DNA from: Candidatus Thalassospirochaeta sargassi
GTDB taxonomy: Bacteria > Spirochaetota > Spirochaetia > UBA9216
Reading direction: 5' to 3'
DNA length: 64,000 bases
NCBI GenBank assembly: GCA_028532855.1
Contig: JAQQAL010000044.1
Location: 14,334-78,333 of the forward strand
Positions 50,164-58,455 of the stretch are shown in pieces. Position 1 is the first letter of the stretch. Every line of letters starts with the position of its first letter. The position numbers and the translations under genes are program-made. The notes beneath the pieces are model-generated. The model ran no database searches and was not told the origin of the DNA. It was given only the letters and a program-made list of their open reading frames with translations.

Positions 50164-50599
50164 AAAGAAAATTCTGATTTATCTGATTCTTATGATAACG
50201 GTTGTAATTATGTTTTCCTGTAGATTTTATCCCGTTGGAGTTGATGTAATAGGTGTCTGGGACGGACAGGCTCAGGGTTTGCTTGAGGACGCTAGTCTTT
50301 TCATCGAATTCAAAGACGACGGAACGGCCAGACTCGCCGGCAGCCTGATGACTGAGACTGGTGAGCAGCAGGAGTATAAGTGGTCGATGACGGATTATCA
50401 TCTGGAGCTATCAGTGACATTTACGAACTTCAAGTCGCTGTATGCCTACAAGTGGGATGCCGATAATCTGACGCTTTACATGCTTGATGATACCGCTATG
50501 ACTCCGGAGTGGGATAATCTCATCCCGGGATATGAGATTGATTTTACGAGGGCTGCCGATGGGGTTACTATTGCCGACCTGGTGTCATTAGAGGAATAG
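50156..50599 (+). CDS. Lipoprotein, paralogue 2 (tandem duplicate of the upstream gene).
   Basis: Lipobox VIMFSC with an 8-nt overlap with paralogue 1. Confidence 0.6.
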   Translation: MNRKKILIYLILMITVVIMFSCRFYPVGVDVIGVWDGQAQGLLEDASLFIEFKDDGTARLAGSLMTETGEQQEYKWSMTDYHLELSVTFTNFKSLYAYKWDADNLTLYMLDDTAMTPEWDNLIPGYEIDFTRAADGVTIADLVSLEE

Positions 50600-51427
50600 T
50601 CACTTCAGCAGTTTCTCAATAGCTTCTGCGACGCCGCCTTCGCCGTTTGATTTATCTGTAACTATCTGAGCTGCTTCTTTAACGGCCGGGATAGCGTTTG
50701 CCATTGCAACGCCTGTTCCGGCCCATTTGATCATATCCAGATCATTGGACTGATCCCCTATTGCTGCAGTTTCTTCCTGTTCAACACCGAGTTTCTCAGA
50801 TAGTTCTTTTAGTGCACCGGCCTTTGTTATCCCCTTCTGCATGACATCGGTAAGGTTGAAGTCGGACTGAGCTGATTTTATTCCGGTCTTTGAATAGATT
50901 TCATCATCTACCTTTTTCAGAACTTCCGGGATCTGCGTCAGAACCAGGATTTTATAAAATTCCTCTTCGGTTCCCAGGATGAAGTCTTTGTAATCTTCGG
51001 AAATGAGGAGTTTCACTTTTTCACGTTCGGGCAGGCTGTCGTTTTTATCAAGATAGTACTTCATCTTGTTAGTTGCATGCTCACCGAAGATTGTTTCATG
51101 AGCGTAGATGTGATAATCGGCACCGTATTCTCTGCATATCTCGACTATAGTCAGCATCTGATCTTTTGTAATCGGAGTGGATGAAAACATCTTGTTGTGA
51201 AAGGGTTCCCGTACCAGCGCGCCGTTACAGGAGATAACAGGCATCTCAATTTGCAGATCATCAAGATACGACTTAATCATTGAATCGTGTCTTCCGGTAG
51301 CTATAACAAAATAGACTCCCTGTTCTTTCAATTTTCTTACGGCTTCGATGTTTGCTTTCGGGATCTTTTTATTTGAATCAAGAAGTGTCCCATCCATGTC
51401 GCAGGCTATAAGTTTGAGTTTAGGCAT
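50600..51427 (-). CDS. Cof-type HAD-IIB phosphatase.
   Basis: Motif I LIACDMDGTLL, motif II VIATGRH, and GDQSNDLDMIKWAG. ATG 51427 with RBS AGGAGA is preferred over the ORF-track extension to 51547. Confidence 0.8.
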   Translation of the reverse strand: MPKLKLIACDMDGTLLDSNKKIPKANIEAVRKLKEQGVYFVIATGRHDSMIKSYLDDLQIEMPVISCNGALVREPFHNKMFSSTPITKDQMLTIVEICREYGADYHIYAHETIFGEHATNKMKYYLDKNDSLPEREKVKLLISEDYKDFILGTEEEFYKILVLTQIPEVLKKVDDEIYSKTGIKSAQSDFNLTDVMQKGITKAGALKELSEKLGVEQEETAAIGDQSNDLDMIKWAGTGVAMANAIPAVKEAAQIVTDKSNGEGGVAEAIEKLLK

Positions 51428-51456
51428 TATGCTCTCCTGATAAGGTTGTTGTAGAT

Positions 51457-51482
51457 AAAAAAAGCCCGGCGTGGAGCCGGAC
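51457..51482 (-). terminator. Rho-independent terminator (minus strand) after the DUF2207 gene: GC stem ccggc/gccgg, then U7.
   Basis: The minus strand reads gtccggctccacgccgggcttttttt. Confidence 0.7.
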
Positions 51483-51512
51483 TTCATTATACATTTTTTA
51501 GCGATTACTGAT

Positions 51513-53396
51513 CTACCAGCTTCCTCCGCCGCCGCCACCGGAACCACCGCCTGAGAATCCTCCGGAAGATGAGCTGCCGCTTGATCCGCTCGATGATGGT
51601 GAAGACGTCATTGATGAGTTCATGGATTTAAAACTGGTGTTAAGAGTGCTGGTGAACGCAGCGGCGCTGAAGGTGTTGTAATGATATCCGCGGTACCAGT
51701 TCGGCGGCTCGACAGTCATTCCCTCAAAGTGGGCAGACCATTTATCGCTGAGATTAAGCACCATTGCGTAGGGGAGGATGTTGTAGAAATACTGCGGGTT
51801 TGATTCAAACATCTCTTCAAGCTTTTCTTTTTCAGCTTCCTTGATGAACTCTTTAAACCCGAGTGTTTTTTCAAGAATTCTGTCGCCATATTCTGTTCGT
51901 CGCGACATTACTGATATGAAGACGCTTGTTATAATTCCGCTGACCACTGCTGCGGCATATTTATAGATAGGTATTCCGCCGCCTGTAACTATGAAAAAGG
52001 CAAAGAAAACCAGTGAGAATCCGCCGAATAGAATGAAGAAAATTATCTTGCCGCGTCTGCCCTGTTCTCCACCTCCGCTTCCGCCTATTGCGGAGCCCAG
52101 AACAAAGGTCGGTATAATCAGAAAGAGACTGAATGGAATTGCGAATATTATTGCAATGCCCGTCTCACCTGTGAACGAAAGAAAGCCTTCCATCAGGATT
52201 GAAATAATCGGCAGGGCCGCGAAGAGGGCTGTTAGAGCGGTGAAGCCCTTGTTGCCCTTCACATATATCCTGCGATCGGGGTTGTCAGTGAAGCTTTTTC
52301 GAATATCCGTCTTCGCCTTACTTACTGATGTGTAGAATTTATTTGTGAGATCGGTGGTTGAAACTGTATTTCCGTTTCCGTATGAGAATAGCTTACTGAA
52401 TAGGGTTTTCTCATAGCTCTCGGCATCATCATCGAGTTCTTTCAGTTTTGTGAGGTGAAGGACCTTCTGTTTGAATATGGCCTTGCCCTTTGTTTCTTCC
52501 TCTATCTCAATGCAGCCCTTCTCCGCCCAGTAGATTATAAGCGATGTCACATCTTTTGAGTCTACCCTGCCGTCGATTATGTATCCTATCTCCGAGGGGG
52601 TCATTCCGTCAGGGGCTTCAAACTCAACCGCCGGAAAGAGCTTGTTGTCCCGTCCATAGCGGTACCACAGCAGGAAGGCGAGGACTATGACTATTGCGTA
52701 AAGAGGATAGCCGAGGATTTTGAACAGCAGCCAGCCCGGCGGGCGGTGGGTCTGCGCGCCTACCCAGTAGCCTTCAGGCAGGGGCAGGGCGACTGTCAGT
52801 CCCTGGTAGTTGGACAGCGGTGCGAGTGTTTTTCCGGTAATTGTGCTGCCTTTTACCTCCCATTCAACCTTCGAGTTGTCGGTTGAGCCGTAATCGCCTG
52901 AGGTGCAGTTTACATATTCCGCAGCGAAACTCTTGGGCATATTGATCCTGAAGTCGACTTCGCCAATTGTTGTGTCCCAGTCGTTGCCGATGATGTTGTG
53001 ATTAAACTCGTCCATGTCGGAAAGGTTATCGGCGCCCACATCATAGGTGTAGGAGATGGTGTAGGTGACCTTGCCGTTTACAAAAATATCGGCCGAACCT
53101 ATACGCAAGGTCGCGTAATCACGGTCCTTTTCGATGTCCACCTCATGGCCCGGTACAGAGATGTTACTTATCTTTACCCGCATACTGTCGAAGGACAGTG
53201 GGATTTTACGGTATATGCCGTGCCGCTCGGCTTGAAAATCGACATCAATAACCTCGGTAATCCGGTAGGCATTGTTTTCTTCTACGTCAATATCAACCTG
53301 GTAGTGATCGATTACAAAATATTCGTCTGCAAAGGCTGTAAAGGGTAATACTGCGAACAGCAGCAGTGATATAACCAAACATGATATATTTTTCAT
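51513..53396 (-). CDS. DUF2207-family membrane protein: signal peptide, large extracytoplasmic domain, TM helices, and a Gly/Ser-rich C-terminal tail.
   Basis: N-terminal signal MKNISCLVISLLLFAVLPFTAFA, several central TM helices, and a tail reading SSPSSSGSSGSSSSGGFSGGGSGGGGGGSW. It is paired with LemA, with a 1-nt overlap. Confidence 0.7.
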   Translation of the reverse strand: MKNISCLVISLLLFAVLPFTAFADEYFVIDHYQVDIDVEENNAYRITEVIDVDFQAERHGIYRKIPLSFDSMRVKISNISVPGHEVDIEKDRDYATLRIGSADIFVNGKVTYTISYTYDVGADNLSDMDEFNHNIIGNDWDTTIGEVDFRINMPKSFAAEYVNCTSGDYGSTDNSKVEWEVKGSTITGKTLAPLSNYQGLTVALPLPEGYWVGAQTHRPPGWLLFKILGYPLYAIVIVLAFLLWYRYGRDNKLFPAVEFEAPDGMTPSEIGYIIDGRVDSKDVTSLIIYWAEKGCIEIEEETKGKAIFKQKVLHLTKLKELDDDAESYEKTLFSKLFSYGNGNTVSTTDLTNKFYTSVSKAKTDIRKSFTDNPDRRIYVKGNKGFTALTALFAALPIISILMEGFLSFTGETGIAIIFAIPFSLFLIIPTFVLGSAIGGSGGGEQGRRGKIIFFILFGGFSLVFFAFFIVTGGGIPIYKYAAAVVSGIITSVFISVMSRRTEYGDRILEKTLGFKEFIKEAEKEKLEEMFESNPQYFYNILPYAMVLNLSDKWSAHFEGMTVEPPNWYRGYHYNTFSAAAFTSTLNTSFKSMNSSMTSSPSSSGSSGSSSSGGFSGGGSGGGGGGSW

Positions 53397-53950
53397 CAGA
53401 ACGATACCTTCACGTTTTCACGCTCTTCATCATCTATTTCAAAATATTCTTTCTTTTCAAGGTTCATCATTCCCGCAATTATTGAAGCAGGAAAGAGTTC
53501 GCGCTTTGTGTTGAAGCTTTTAACAACTGCGTTGTAGTATTTTCTTGACTGCAGTATGTCGTTTTCTACCGACTGCAGCTGATTCTGAAGATTTACGAAA
53601 TTCTGGTTTGCCTTAAGATCCGGATATGCCTCGCTTAATGCGAATATACTCTTAAGACCCGCGGCAAGTGTGTTTTCGTTGGATTGAAGCTCCGACATGC
53701 TGCTTGAGTTCATCGCCAAATTCCGTGCCTGAATAACCTTCTCAAGGGTGTCCTGCTCATGTTTAGCATAGCCTTTTACTGTTTCAACGAGGTTGGGAAT
53801 AAGATCCCATCGTTTTTTGAGGTAGGCGTCCATTGTGGCAAATGCCTCTTCCACCTTATTTCGCAGGCGTATAAAACCATTGTAGGTTGATACGAAGAAT
53901 CCTGCGATTGCTATAACAGCAACTATAATAATTATTAATCCGATAGACAT
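53396..53950 (-). CDS. lemA: LemA-family protein.
   Basis: Single N-terminal TM followed by YNGFIRLRNKVEEAFATMDAYLKKRWDLIPNLVETVKGYAKHEQDTLEKVIQAR, the LemA signature. Confidence 0.85.
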   Translation of the reverse strand: MSIGLIIIIVAVIAIAGFFVSTYNGFIRLRNKVEEAFATMDAYLKKRWDLIPNLVETVKGYAKHEQDTLEKVIQARNLAMNSSSMSELQSNENTLAAGLKSIFALSEAYPDLKANQNFVNLQNQLQSVENDILQSRKYYNAVVKSFNTKRELFPASIIAGMMNLEKKEYFEIDDEERENVKVSF

Positions 53951-54042
53951 TTAAATCTCCTTTTGCCTGATTTCAGGGTATTCAGTATATCACAGCTTGG
54001 TTCGCAAGGGGTTAGCGGAAAATTAGAAAATAAAAAAGCTTC

Positions 54043-54148
54043 ACGCGCCAGGGGCAGTAGCGGCAGCGCTCAGTCCGGCAGGGCGGACCGGAGGAAGCCC
54101 GAAGCAGCCGGCCGGTTAAAGCGTCATAGCGGATGACCCGTGGGCGCC
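54043..54148. ncRNA. Candidate small structured RNA: a 106-nt GC-rich element (about 68% GC against an AT-richer background) in a divergent intergenic region. It contains an SRP-RNA-like GGACCGGAGGAAGC...GAAGCAGCC string. Strand and identity are unresolved.
   Basis: The ends GCGCCAGGGG / CCCGTGGGCGC can pair to give one long imperfect hairpin. A U-rich tract follows on the minus strand (the plus-strand A-run at 54018-54039). No ORF is present. There is a partial match to the 4.5S RNA domain IV core (GGUCCGGAAGGAAGCAGCC), but no canonical GNRA tetraloop fold was found by hand. Confidence 0.3.
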
Positions 54149-54173
54149 CTAATTATCTTTAAATGTAATTACA

Positions 54174-54201
54174 TATTGACAAATGGACATTTCGTGCTAA
54201 A
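54174..54201 (+). promoter_or_regulatory. Sigma70-like promoter (TTGACA-16-TAAAAT) for the cupin-PGI operon, followed by three TTGGAA repeats and a hairpin (cccgcc/ggcggg) abutting the RBS.
   Basis: Read directly: TTGGAA at about 54209, 54249 and 54279; hairpin at 54322-54341. Confidence 0.45.
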
Positions 54202-54361
54202 ATAACAATCGTTGGAAAATAGTAAGAAGCAGTAATAATTAACACTGTTTGGAAAAATATGTTAGACGGTTGGTGTCTTGGAAGGATACGCAGGGTTAAT
54301 CTGATCACAAACTTCAGTTCAGTATCCCGCCTTCCATGGCGGGCATTATAAGGAGAATGGT

Positions 54362-54943
54362 ATGAGTATGGAAAATCTGCAGTCGGTAATTACCGATTTC
54401 GACATGAAGAGCGGTCTTTCAAAGACCAAAGAATCACTTCAGAGAAAGCTTTCAAAGATGAAGGGCATGTACGCCGATGACGCTGCATTTGATGCTGCTG
54501 TTGCGAAGGAAGATACACTTGTGTACGAATTCTACGACATGGGTGTGCCTGAGTCTGAAAAGGAAGTTGCCTACGGCACTTCAATCACATATCCCGGCAA
54601 GGTTGGCGATGAATACTACATGACCAAGGGACATTTTCACACTGTTTTAGATACAGCTGAGGTTTATTACTGCCTGCGCGGTCACGGATACATGCTGATG
54701 GAAAACCCCGAAGGCGATTGGGAAGCTGTTGAGCTTACTCCGGGCAAGGCCGTTTATGTGCCCGGCCGATACGCTCACAGATCAATCAACGTAAGCGACA
54801 GCGAACCCCTGGTAACATTCTACGCCTTTCCCGGACATGCGGGACATGACTATGGCACGATTGAAACCAAGGGTTTCAGGAAGCTGATTGTTGAGCGTAA
54901 CGGAAGGCCCGAGATTATTGACAATCCGAAGTGGCAGTCATAA
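54362..54943 (+). CDS. Cupin-type (archaeal-type) glucose-6-phosphate isomerase (cPGI).
   Basis: Collinear with the Pyrococcus cupin PGI over the whole length. TKGHFH aligns to TKGHFH, YVPGRYAHRSIN to YVPPYWAHRTVN, AGHDYGTI is shared, and DNPKWQ aligns to DNPRWK. Length 193 aa. RBS AAGGAGaatggtATG. Confidence 0.8.
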   Translation: MSMENLQSVITDFDMKSGLSKTKESLQRKLSKMKGMYADDAAFDAAVAKEDTLVYEFYDMGVPESEKEVAYGTSITYPGKVGDEYYMTKGHFHTVLDTAEVYYCLRGHGYMLMENPEGDWEAVELTPGKAVYVPGRYAHRSINVSDSEPLVTFYAFPGHAGHDYGTIETKGFRKLIVERNGRPEIIDNPKWQS

Positions 54944-54958
54944 GGGCTGGAGAAGAGA

Positions 54959-55879
54959 ATGGAAAAAATTCTTATTACGCCTAGATCGCTTTCAAAGAAC
55001 GGTCATCCGGCGCTTGATGATCTGCGGGATGCGGGTTATGAGGTTGTTTTTGCAACACCGGGCAAGCAGCCGACTGAAGCCGAGCTGATGGAAATACTAC
55101 CTGAATGTGTCGGTTATCTGGCAGGTGTTGAACCTGTATCGGGTGCGGTGCTTCGTAAATGTGAAAAACTGAAGGTGATAAGCAGAAACGGCGTAGGTGT
55201 AGACAATGTTGATCTGGAGGCTGCAGAGGAAAAGGGCATAATCGTAGAAAAGGCGCTGGGCACAAATTCCCGCGGCGTGGCCGAACTTGCTATAACCCTG
55301 ATGCTTTCAGGTATCCGATCCCTGCCCTACAGCGATAAACACATTAAGGCTTGCGGCTGGGAACGCCGCAAGGGTTTTGAGGTTGAGGGTAAAATCCTCG
55401 GTATTATCGGCTGCGGTCAGATAGGAAGGTATACGGCAAAGATGGCTCTGGGGCTTGATATGAAGGTTATAGCCTACGACCTGTACCCTGACGCAAACTT
55501 CAAGCCGTCGCCCGCTTTCAGCTATGCTGATGTTGAAGACATCTTCGCTCAGGCCGATATAATTTCACTGCACTGTCCTCCGGGAGAGAAGCCGCTTATT
55601 GATGCTGCAGCCCTCGACTCGATGAAGGACGGAGTATTTATAGTAAACACCGCCCGCGCGGGTCTGATTGATGAGGCTGCAGTCGTAGCCGCACTTGATT
55701 CGGGCAAGCTTTTCGGCATGGCCACGGATGTTTTTCCGAAAGAGCCGCCGGAGCCGTCTGAGATGATTGCTCATGAAAAGGTCATTACCACCCCGCATAT
55801 CGGAGGGTTTACCAACGAGAGCGTTGACCGGGCAACCCAGACTGCGGTTAATAATATCCTGAAGGTCTTAAATGACTGA
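54959..55879 (+). CDS. D-isomer-specific 2-hydroxyacid dehydrogenase family (glycerate, hydroxypyruvate or phosphoglycerate dehydrogenase-like).
   Basis: NAD-binding motif GIIGCGQIGR. Catalytic blocks include a triad-type His in PHIGG. About 300 aa. Confidence 0.8.
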   Translation: MEKILITPRSLSKNGHPALDDLRDAGYEVVFATPGKQPTEAELMEILPECVGYLAGVEPVSGAVLRKCEKLKVISRNGVGVDNVDLEAAEEKGIIVEKALGTNSRGVAELAITLMLSGIRSLPYSDKHIKACGWERRKGFEVEGKILGIIGCGQIGRYTAKMALGLDMKVIAYDLYPDANFKPSPAFSYADVEDIFAQADIISLHCPPGEKPLIDAAALDSMKDGVFIVNTARAGLIDEAAVVAALDSGKLFGMATDVFPKEPPEPSEMIAHEKVITTPHIGGFTNESVDRATQTAVNNILKVLND

Positions 55880-56687
55880 GGGACTTTCTGCCGGCGGGCT
55901 TGGGCTTACATGGCTCGGCCAGGCCGGTTTTCTTGTCGAATGTGGAAAGACGAGGCTGATTATTGATGCGTATCTCTCTGATTCACTTTATGATAAATAC
56001 AAGGACAAGAAGTTTCCGCATAAGAGGATGATCCCCGTACCCTTTGCCCCAACGCAGCTGACGGATATCGATCTGGTATTCTGCACACACGGGCATACCG
56101 ACCATATGGATCCGGGGACGCTCCCGCACCTTGCCGCCGCTAACCCCGGCGGCAGGTTTGTGGTGCCCGCTTCGGAAAAGGCTAAGGCTGTGGAGCGCGG
56201 AGTGCCCGCTGACAGGCTCATTGGTCTTGATGCAGAGGGCAGCCTGTTTGACAATGCCAAATCAGGGATTGTTGTGAGGGCGATAGCATCAGCTCATGAA
56301 GAGCTTGCGACGGACTCTGAAGGCCGCAGCCTGTACCTGGGTTATGTGGTTGATATCTGCGGGCAGAGGCTTTACCATTCCGGTGATTGCATTCCTTATA
56401 CCGGACTGGCAGAGGCTTTGAAAAAACTGCATATCGATGTTGCCCTCCTGCCTGTGAACGGTCGCGATGACTACAGAAAATCTAATGGGGTTCCGGGTAA
56501 TTTTACTGTTGCTGAAGCAGCGGAACTATGTGTGAATTCAGGAATAAAGACTATAATTCCTCATCATTTCGGAATGTTTGATTTTAATACTGAAAGCCCC
56601 GAAATAATTGATGGGGTGTTGTCGGAATCTGGGCTAAATTATATGATACCCGAAGTCGGCAAATCATTAATTGTTGACAATGAATGA
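55872..56687 (+). CDS. Metallo-beta-lactamase-fold hydrolase.
   Basis: Motif HGHTDHMD plus downstream His/Asp ligands. An 8-nt overlap with the upstream gene indicates coupling. Confidence 0.7.
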   Translation: MTEGLSAGGLGLTWLGQAGFLVECGKTRLIIDAYLSDSLYDKYKDKKFPHKRMIPVPFAPTQLTDIDLVFCTHGHTDHMDPGTLPHLAAANPGGRFVVPASEKAKAVERGVPADRLIGLDAEGSLFDNAKSGIVVRAIASAHEELATDSEGRSLYLGYVVDICGQRLYHSGDCIPYTGLAEALKKLHIDVALLPVNGRDDYRKSNGVPGNFTVAEAAELCVNSGIKTIIPHHFGMFDFNTESPEIIDGVLSESGLNYMIPEVGKSLIVDNE

Positions 56688-56785
56688 TGTTGAACTTTCC
56701 AGTTTAATGTCATTTTGAAGTTTGCTTCGACCTACTTCAATCATGAAACCCGCGTCTATGCGGAAAAAATTTAGGAGAAATAGAA

Positions 56786-57408
56786 TGAGTGATATTTTTG
56801 AAACGATAGGCAGGATTAAACTTGTGCCGGTTGTAAAGATTGAAAATGCCAAGGATGCACCTGCGCTCGGAAACGCACTGTCTGAGGGCGGTCTGCCAAT
56901 TGCCGAGGTTACTTTCAGAACAGCAGCTGCAGAAGAGGCAATCAAGCTGATGAAGGCTGAATGTAAGGATATGCTTATCGGTGCCGGAACCGTTCTCACT
57001 GTAGAAAATGCGCAGAAGGCAATTGATGCGGGTGCCTCTTTTATTGTTTCACCGGGTTTCAACCCCGAGGTTGTAGATTTCTGTATCGCACAGGGCATGC
57101 CTGTAACTCCCGGTGTAACCAATCCTACCCAGGTTGAGATGGGGCTTTCGCGCGGGCTGAAGGTTCTTAAGTTCTTCCCGGCTGAGGCGGCAGGCGGATT
57201 GAAGATGCTTAAATCTATGGGCGCTGTTTATGATTGTATGTATATGCCTACAGGCGGAATTAATGCTTCTAATTTGAAAGAATATCTTGCATATGATAAA
57301 ATCCTTGCATGCGGCGGAAGCTGGATGGTAAAGGCTGATCTGATTTCATCGGGCAACTTTGCCGAGATTACACGGCTCACAAAAGAAGCTATGGAATTAA
57401 CAAAATAA
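56786..57408 (+). CDS. eda: KDPG/KHG aldolase (2-dehydro-3-deoxy-6-phosphogluconate aldolase).
   Basis: GLPIAEVTFRT, IGAGTVL, KFFPAEAAGG and MPTGGI are Eda blocks. ATG 56786 with RBS AGGAGAaatagaATG. Confidence 0.8.
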
Positions 57409-57422
57409 TTGAATATTCAAGT

Positions 57423-57458
57423 CGGCCCCTCCGGTGAGAGGCGGCCGGTTTTGTTTTT
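57423..57458 (+). terminator. Rho-independent terminator after eda: two-tier GC stem, then gttttgttttt.
   Basis: Read directly. Confidence 0.65.
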
Positions 57459-57476
57459 ATTTAGGAAGGTTAGATT

Positions 57477-58235
57477 ATGCTGAAGGCGCTGGCGGGTAAA
57501 TCAATAGACAAGAGTATTCCTATTCCGCTGTATTTCCAGTTGAAGGAAATACTGATGGGGTATCTTGAGACCCTCGAAGACGGAGATATAATTCCTACCG
57601 AGGTTGAGCTCTGTGAGCACTTCGACATCAGTCGGCCTACTGTCCGCCAGGCGATAAATGAGCTTGTCAATGAGGGGCATATTGTCCGCCGAAAGGGTAA
57701 GGGATCATTTGTATCCCGCCAGAAGATAAGTCAGGACTTTCTTCTGGTGCTGGAGAGTTTCAATACTGAAATGCGCAATAAGGGATTTGAGTACGATACG
57801 AGCCTTGTCAGCGCAAAACTGCGCGGAGCAACGGCCGCTGCTGCTGAGATTTTCGGTATTGAGGCGGGTGATGAGCTTGTATTCATCAGCCGTCTCCGCT
57901 CTATCAACAACGAACCTATTGTTCTGGTTAATACCTGGCTTCCTGCAGACAGGTTCGCTCCAATCCTTGACTTCAACCTTGAGACTGAATCACTGTATAC
58001 TATTTTTGAGCGGGAGTTCGACTGTGTGCTGACAAATACCAAGCGCTGGCTTGAGGCACGTCTTGCCGGAGACTTCGAGGCTGAAAAGCTTGACATTTCG
58101 CCGGGTGACCCGATCCAGTATATTGAAACTGTCGCCACTGAGGGAGTCAATCCAGTTGAGTTTTCTCTTGCCTACTACCGCGGTGATAGAAACCGTTTTG
58201 CCCTGCAGGTTGCAAGGCGAGGGGTTCGGGTTTAA
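57477..58235 (+). CDS. GntR-family transcriptional regulator, HutC subfamily (HTH plus UTRA effector domain).
   Basis: N-terminal HTH IPTEVELCEHFDISRPTVRQAINELVNEGHIVRRKGKGSFV; C-terminal UTRA-like domain. Confidence 0.85.
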   Translation: MLKALAGKSIDKSIPIPLYFQLKEILMGYLETLEDGDIIPTEVELCEHFDISRPTVRQAINELVNEGHIVRRKGKGSFVSRQKISQDFLLVLESFNTEMRNKGFEYDTSLVSAKLRGATAAAAEIFGIEAGDELVFISRLRSINNEPIVLVNTWLPADRFAPILDFNLETESLYTIFEREFDCVLTNTKRWLEARLAGDFEAEKLDISPGDPIQYIETVATEGVNPVEFSLAYYRGDRNRFALQVARRGVRV

Positions 58236-58413
58236 TCAGGATAACACTGTAAATAATCATTTCTTTAAAAATCTGAAATACTATCAGTCCCTTGATATAG
58301 CCTGTAAATCTCAGGAAACATATTTGATATATGGGGGGCCAGATAAGATCAATGGCAAAAGTGAAAAGCAGGAAGCAGCTTTCTGTACAGTACCCCGAAT
58401 TAAGCTATAAAGC

Positions 58414-58447
58414 GGAATTTTCAGCGTACTTTGCGGCTGAAAATTCC
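58414..58447. terminator. Perfect 12-bp hairpin (ggaattttcagc / gctgaaaattcc, 10-nt loop) between convergent genes. Probable terminator for the minus-strand acyltransferase gene, which has a weak U tract.
   Basis: Arms are exact reverse complements. Confidence 0.5.
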
Positions 58448-58455
58448 TGGTGATG

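Noticed and set aside
54043-54148. Calling the GC-rich element definitively as SRP (4.5S) RNA
   Set aside because: Only a partial match to the domain IV string was found, and no canonical GNRA tetraloop fold could be made by hand. It is reported as a candidate ncRNA at low confidence pending a covariance-model search.
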